A DNA stretch of 64,000 nucleotides from Eledone cirrhosa. Lineage: Eukaryota. The stretch covers positions 115,320,001-115,384,000 of the forward strand of contig OZ024740.1 in assembly GCA_964016885.1 (NCBI GenBank), written 5' to 3'. The translations under genes and the position numbers were made by a program. Positions 57,834 to 64,000 of this stretch are shown here, piece by piece. How positions within the stretch are numbered: position 1 is the first letter of the stretch; the number at the start of each line of letters is the position of its first letter. The notes under the pieces are model-generated. The model worked only from the letters and a program-made list of their open reading frames with translations, was not told the origin of the DNA and did no database searches.

Positions 57834-58010
57834 AATAATTGTTTCTACTTTTGGCACAAGGCCAGCAATTATCCCAGTGTATTACTGGTACTTTATTTTA
57901 TCGACCCCGTAAGGATGAAAGTCAAAGTTAACCTCGGCGGGATTTGAACTCAGATCATAAAGGGCCGTAACTTTGATCTGAGCTTAACTTTGCCTTTCAT
58001 CCTTACGGGG
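57834..58010 (-). mobile_element. SINE family 1 with short inverted duplicate
   Basis: Minus-strand copy to ~57975, then plus-strand aactttgcctttcatccttacgggg. Confidence 0.8.
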
Positions 58011-58019
58011 TCTGTGTAC

Positions 58020-58345
58020 GCATCATGACAGAATGGTAAAGAAATTCACTTCGCAATCATAAGGTACTGGGTCCGATCCCACTGCATGGCATCTTGTGCA
58101 AGTGTTATTTACTGACGTATTGAGTCAACTTAAGCCTTGTGAATGAAATTGGATAGACGGTAACTGTTTATAAGCCCGTCGGGTGGAATGCACCTATAAT
58201 TCATTGGGCCAGCCTTGTCCCATATTTTGTTACTCTCAACCTCCCACGAAATTACATTAAGTGTACACGTGTTATTTCACGCGCAAGTTGTATCGTCTAT
58301 TGGACAACTGAAATACTTATCGTCGAAATTAACGCAGACCCATTC
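58020..58345 (+). mobile_element. tRNA-derived SINE related to family 2
   Basis: gggtccgatccc B-box; the 3' half (gggccagccttgtc...actacattaag-like...caactg) matches 23840-24000. Confidence 0.65.
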
Positions 58346-59639
58346 CATTCCATTTCTGTTGGATAGAAACCCGAAACCACGTAACTAATGTGTTTCCCTC
58401 GTGGTGGAAGTAGGAGCTGTTGTTTAGCATATTAAACTTTATAACATTATAAATTACCATTTATCAGTAAATATTTACAAAAAATTAGATTCACTATTAT
58501 CATGTCATTTTACAGTTATATGTCGGCAGACATAATGGATTGAGTCTTTATGTGCATCTTTTTCACTTACCTCTAGGATAACACATTCGTAATTCTGTCC
58601 ACTCGGATCATTGAGGCAACATCCATCTGATGTTTTGCAAATGGCATAAGTGTTATTAATTTATCTACATACACGCATTAATCAAACTGTTTTTAAAAGA
58701 CGTTTATCAAGCATACTGGCATGTATATCCATTGGGCAACTACAAATGAAATACTATCGGTGTTATGACTTGATGCACATCCTAGTTGCCATTTTAAGCA
58801 TAACTACCTTTTAGCTAAATATGTTCGCACTGCTATGTGACTAGTGACTCACTTTATACATAATGCGTGGAACATTCGGATGAATGAATTTGTATATCAA
58901 TTTTTTGCGCCATCAAAGACATTACATTTCGTCCTGGGTAAAGGTTGTTAACTTCAATCATCTATTTGAATTTGGATTTTTATTTCAAAAGCAAGATTAG
59001 GAAATCTGAAGGAAAAACATGGCTTAGTGAATTAGGAAAGAGACACCAAAGGAATTACTAGTGCTAACATATTATATAAACACCTTCAAGATGCCAGTTT
59101 GGGGAGGGGACACACCGACATCAACTACCCCATCACCAATTAATTTTTAAAAGACCCTTTAGGAAACAACTAAAAAGATATTCAGAGACATTATTTCTAA
59201 AATATTTGCTAATTAAAATCAGATAAAAATTCACACGAAATGTTGGAATGATGAGCAAGTGAAGAAGTGATGTAGGGGGATAAGAAGTGGTATAGGGGAG
59301 GAGTGGTGTGTGGGAGGGGGGACGAAGTTGGGGAAAAGAAAATAGCAAAAGAAGATTATGAGGAATATAGTTAAGAAAACAAAATGCGTCAGGAATTAAT
59401 GAATACTTGCATAAACTATACAATCGGATCATTAAATAATTCAAACCAAAAACACCGCCTGAATTAATTTAAAAAAAAAGAAGTTAATCATATTAATTAC
59501 AATTTAAATATTTGTCTAACGTATTTTCTCACGTGCAGTCTTTTTTAATTTTTGTTGACTCGAATAATTCGTGTTATCTTAATTCACACAGCCCCATGAG
59601 GATGAGCAATAAGTCGTTTTTATCTCTTATGGCTAGAGA

Positions 59640-59865
59640 ATGGACAGGGTGTCATTAAGGGATACTACAACAGGTGCCTGAAAACATGTAGAAAACTATC
59701 AAAGTTTCGTGTGGTTGGTTGTTTATACGGAAAAACTTGCATGAGCTTGGCTGATCTCGCTAGTGGAACCAGACACATCAATGGGAGACGATAGCTTCTA
59801 AGAGAACTCGTTGGGAGGCGTGGTTAAGAACCCTGCCAGGAATAAGTGGGCGAAGAAGAAAAAGA
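59640..59865 (+). mobile_element. RTE-clade 3' end, diverged
   Basis: catgagcttggc...ggagacgatagcttct...ggaataagtgggcgaagaagaa matches the other two copies. Confidence 0.65.
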
Positions 59866-61172
59866 AAAAGAACGACAACTTTTACCTGAAATAATCGTAT
59901 TCGATCAACCTAAACAAGATCGAACTGAATCAGGAAGGCGTCGGTGGACTATATAATAATGATTTCTACTATAGGCGCATGGCCATAAATATCATAATGC
60001 AACAATTTACAAGGATAAAATTCGATCACTTTATTTCTTACATATGTTTTGGCAAAATAAAAGAAAAAACAAAAGATCTTGCTCAGTGACTCAAGTATTA
60101 AATAATTTATTTTGCATCATCGGTGAAAGCGAAACATGATTCCCATTAAAGAAGTAGTGCCGTTATAATGACATATCTTTACAACGACAATTACAGGGTA
60201 CGTGATAAACAACACCTTGTATTTTAATACACAGTAAACAGAGAATGCTGTATTTTATATAACTATGGAAAAGGGAAATTGGAAAAGAAAAACCTAAAAA
60301 GAAGAAAAACAAAAAAGCAAGAGTTAGGATTGAATATTCTGTGACCAACTTTCAAAATGCAATAAAATACAAACATATTTTTTCTAATATGTGATATTAA
60401 AAATTATATTAAAGGTTAAAAGGCTAATATAGGAATGTATTTAGTAAAACAGCTAGTGAACAATAACTAATGCTTAAAAAGTATAACAGTATCTGAAAAT
60501 TACGGCATATCGGAGAAAATTATAATAAAAAATTATTTTTAACAAAATTATCATTATGCATTAATATATTAATCATGAAAAAAATAATTAAATTTTGATT
60601 ATACTAACCGAAGGTATAGATACTCATTTTAATCTCTTCGTAGTAGCCGCTAGGAGCATCATTTTCAGTCTCTAAGGGTCTTTAACTAATTTTTATAAGT
60701 TATTTTGTAGTAACTGACGGTAATTGTTGTTATTCTTTACGCTAGAGTATCTTTCATCTTCCATAAACAAATTTTAATGTTTATTTTAAATCATTACTCA
60801 TACCAGAACCATTGTATATATGATCGAAAAATGGGAAACCTGCTGGTAGAGTAGTAAGTCGTATAAGTTTAGTTAGCGCGAAGAACTTTTAATTATGTTA
60901 ACCAAAATATATAAAATATTAAAAAATATATTAAACATCCAGGAAAAAAATCAGATATAAATGTAATACATTATTTAGCAAATTACTATTATGCATTAAT
61001 ATATTTAATATAAAGAGAAAATGTAACATTTAAAAAGTAAATCAAAGGTATAATTTCTATGCTTAATAAATATTCCATAACTCTCTCTCCAACAACGCCG
61101 AGTGTATATATGTGTAATGTAAGAGTATGTAATACTGTTAATACACACACACAAACACATACACACACACAC

Positions 61173-61201
<29 letters not shown>

Positions 61202-61203
<2 letters not shown>

Positions 61204-61398
61204 GGAAAAGAGTCAAGACCCCGACGGCTGAGCTCCGGCCGTTTCGACCACTAGATCTAAGCGTTCGGATCTATCTGTCGAAACGGCCGGAGCTCAGCCG
61301 TCGCGGTCCAGACTCTTTTCCTATTACCCACTCTACTACCCTAGGTATGGAGTACTCTGGTGCGTTATGGTCCACCTGGTTCGTTACCACACTTTCTT

Positions 61399-61402
<4 letters not shown>
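61202..61402 (+). mobile_element. HHR family A fold-back element
   Basis: GAAAC ggc cggagctca gcc GTC followed by the family body running into (TA)n; inverted arm 61202-61248. Confidence 0.82.
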
Positions 61403-61454
<52 letters not shown>

Positions 61455-61456
<2 letters not shown>

Positions 61457-61645
61457 CGAAGGAGGTGTGGTAAGGAACCAGATGGACCATAACGCACCAG
61501 AGTACTCCATACCTAGGGAAGTAGAGTGGGTAATAGGAAAATGCTTAACCTCGACGGCAGAGCTCAAGCCGTTTCGACGGGTATTTCTGGTCCAGAAATA
61601 CCCGTCGAAACGGCTTGAGCTCTGCCGTCGGGTTTAAACATTTTC

Positions 61646-61650
<5 letters not shown>
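61455..61650 (-). mobile_element. HHR family A fold-back element
   Basis: Near-perfect hairpin 61532-61650 centred on ctggtccag. Confidence 0.85.
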
Positions 61651-61683
<33 letters not shown>

Positions 61684-61717
61684 TAAATATAAATATGTAC
61701 ACGTACATACATAAATG

Positions 61718-62388
61718 TAACAGAAAAAATGAAACGAAATTTCATTTACCACTCTTAGTACGGCTGTTACTTAAATATACGTATGTACATGTACATACTT
61801 ATATGTATACAGACGTACAGTAGTATGTATATATATATATATACATACATGCACATATATATATGTACGTATGGATTCACCGAACATTTATTACAATGCT
61901 CGGTGTGTTTGTAAACAAACATCCCGTATTAAATGGGAAATGCAATTTCGTTTCATTTTTTCCGTTTATCGTTTTCGGTGCACCCGGCCGATTAACCCAC
62001 TCGATATGCAAATTGGGCTACTCAGCCGTTAATATGCATAAGGTAAGTATATACGTTCAACAATCTGGCAGGAAGGTATACGTTGCTGACCATAGCTAAT
62101 AAGCTTGAAACTAGTACAGCGTTCCTTTGTCAGTGTTGAACAAACGAGCAACGATGGTTGCTAGACACTACGGCTTAATATGGGATGTTTGTTTACAAAC
62201 ACACCGAGCATTATAATAAATGTTCGGTGAATTCATACGTACATATATATATGTGTGCATGTATGTATATATATATACATACTACTGTACGTCTGTATAC
62301 ATATATGTATGTACGTATACATACTTATATTTAAGTAACAGCCGTACTAAGAGTGGGAAATGAAATTTCGTTTAATTTTTTCCGTTTA
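61718..62388 (+). mobile_element. HHR family E element: ~421-bp unit with ~34-bp terminal redundancy (61934-62388) plus inverted arm (61718-61931)
   Basis: gggaaatg.aatttcgttt.attttttccgttt occurs at 61934 and 62355; matches 42133-42693. Confidence 0.88.
62080..62122 (+). ncRNA. Family E HHR with G8>C core mutation
   Basis: acgttg CTGACCA tagctaataagctt GAAA ctag TA cagcgt. Confidence 0.7.
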
Positions 62389-62389
62389 A

Positions 62390-63038
<649 letters not shown>

Positions 63039-64000
63039 AAATTATAAGAAACGAAAGAAGCTGTGTGGTTACTGTAAACAAAGTTTAAGATGGTAGTATG
63101 GACGAAACAAGAGGAGAAAAGAAAAGAAGAAAAGAAATCCTTCATCAACTGTAAAACCGAGATCGAGATGTTTCGGCACTTAATATAGGACATCTATAAG
63201 CGATCAGCGGTGCGCCCAAGGCCTTTTCTCAATCAAAAGGCCAGGAGGGAAAGAAAAGAAAAGGGAAGGAAAAAGAAGAAAAAAGTGGAAAGGTAGTGAG
63301 GAGAGAGAAAGAAAGAGCAAAAACAGGTAAACAGACCAGATACTGGGGGGGGGGGGGGCACAGGACAATGGAACAGATATAACAGATATATATACGAGAT
63401 TTGTCCAAAACGTAAGGGTACTGATGTTATATCTGATTATATAGTAGACGTACGTGAATTTACAAGTTATTTCCTTCAAAAGTAAGACAATTGGGAAATT
63501 ACACAGAGATTCCAACGTTTTTCTATTGATCATAGTACCTAATCTCCTACAAATGTCCTTTCTGACTCACTGGACCCTTTGTCGTTGAAACTCGTATGTA
63601 CGGGCAGCGAAGATCATAACCAACACACTTATATACATCAATAAGGTTCTGTGTTAACATGTCGTACATAGGAAATTAGTACCTTTACTCTTGGGTCAAA
63701 CTTTGTATATATGTATACGTTATATATATAATATATAGATACATTATATATATATATATATATATGTGATGGCTGCCCCCTCGTTATCAGGTATGGCCAT
63801 TGCATGATATACCATTATTAATAATTATTAATTAATTCTATCGTGCAATGCCTGTGCGTGAAGATATTTTTTAAGGTGAGGAAAGACTGTGCACTGAGCC
63901 AATCCCAATCTCTGAGCGACAATAGCTATAACCCGAAAAGAAGAAATGATCAACATCATCGGTAACTACTGAGCCGCAGGTATTTATGTTATCCCAGTTT

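Overview
AT-rich, microsatellite-dense eukaryotic intergenic or intronic DNA. The SINE repertoire and repeat texture suggest a cephalopod (octopus-like) genome, which is an inference. No host protein-coding gene can be supported, and most ORFs in the track are translated microsatellites. Coding remnants are all transposon-derived: a head-to-tail array of Tx1/L1-clade LINEs punctuated by (GATA)n (8.3-23.0 kb) plus a fifth fragment, two hATm-like DDE transposase relics, a decayed Penelope-like (GIY-YIG) element, and RTE, Hero-like and CR1-like fragments. The main discovery is a set of at least six sequence-unrelated families of short non-coding elements that each carry a type I hammerhead ribozyme (HHR) motif. 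They end in (TA)n on the ribozyme's 3' side and are typically capped by an inverted (fold-back) copy. They include a ~420-bp tandem retrozyme-like unit and a family with a covarying U3-A8 catalytic core. Six of these families are chained in one 6.3-kb hotspot or recur nearby (26.2-32.5 kb, plus 42 and 61-63 kb). All structures were read by eye; none was folded computationally or tested.
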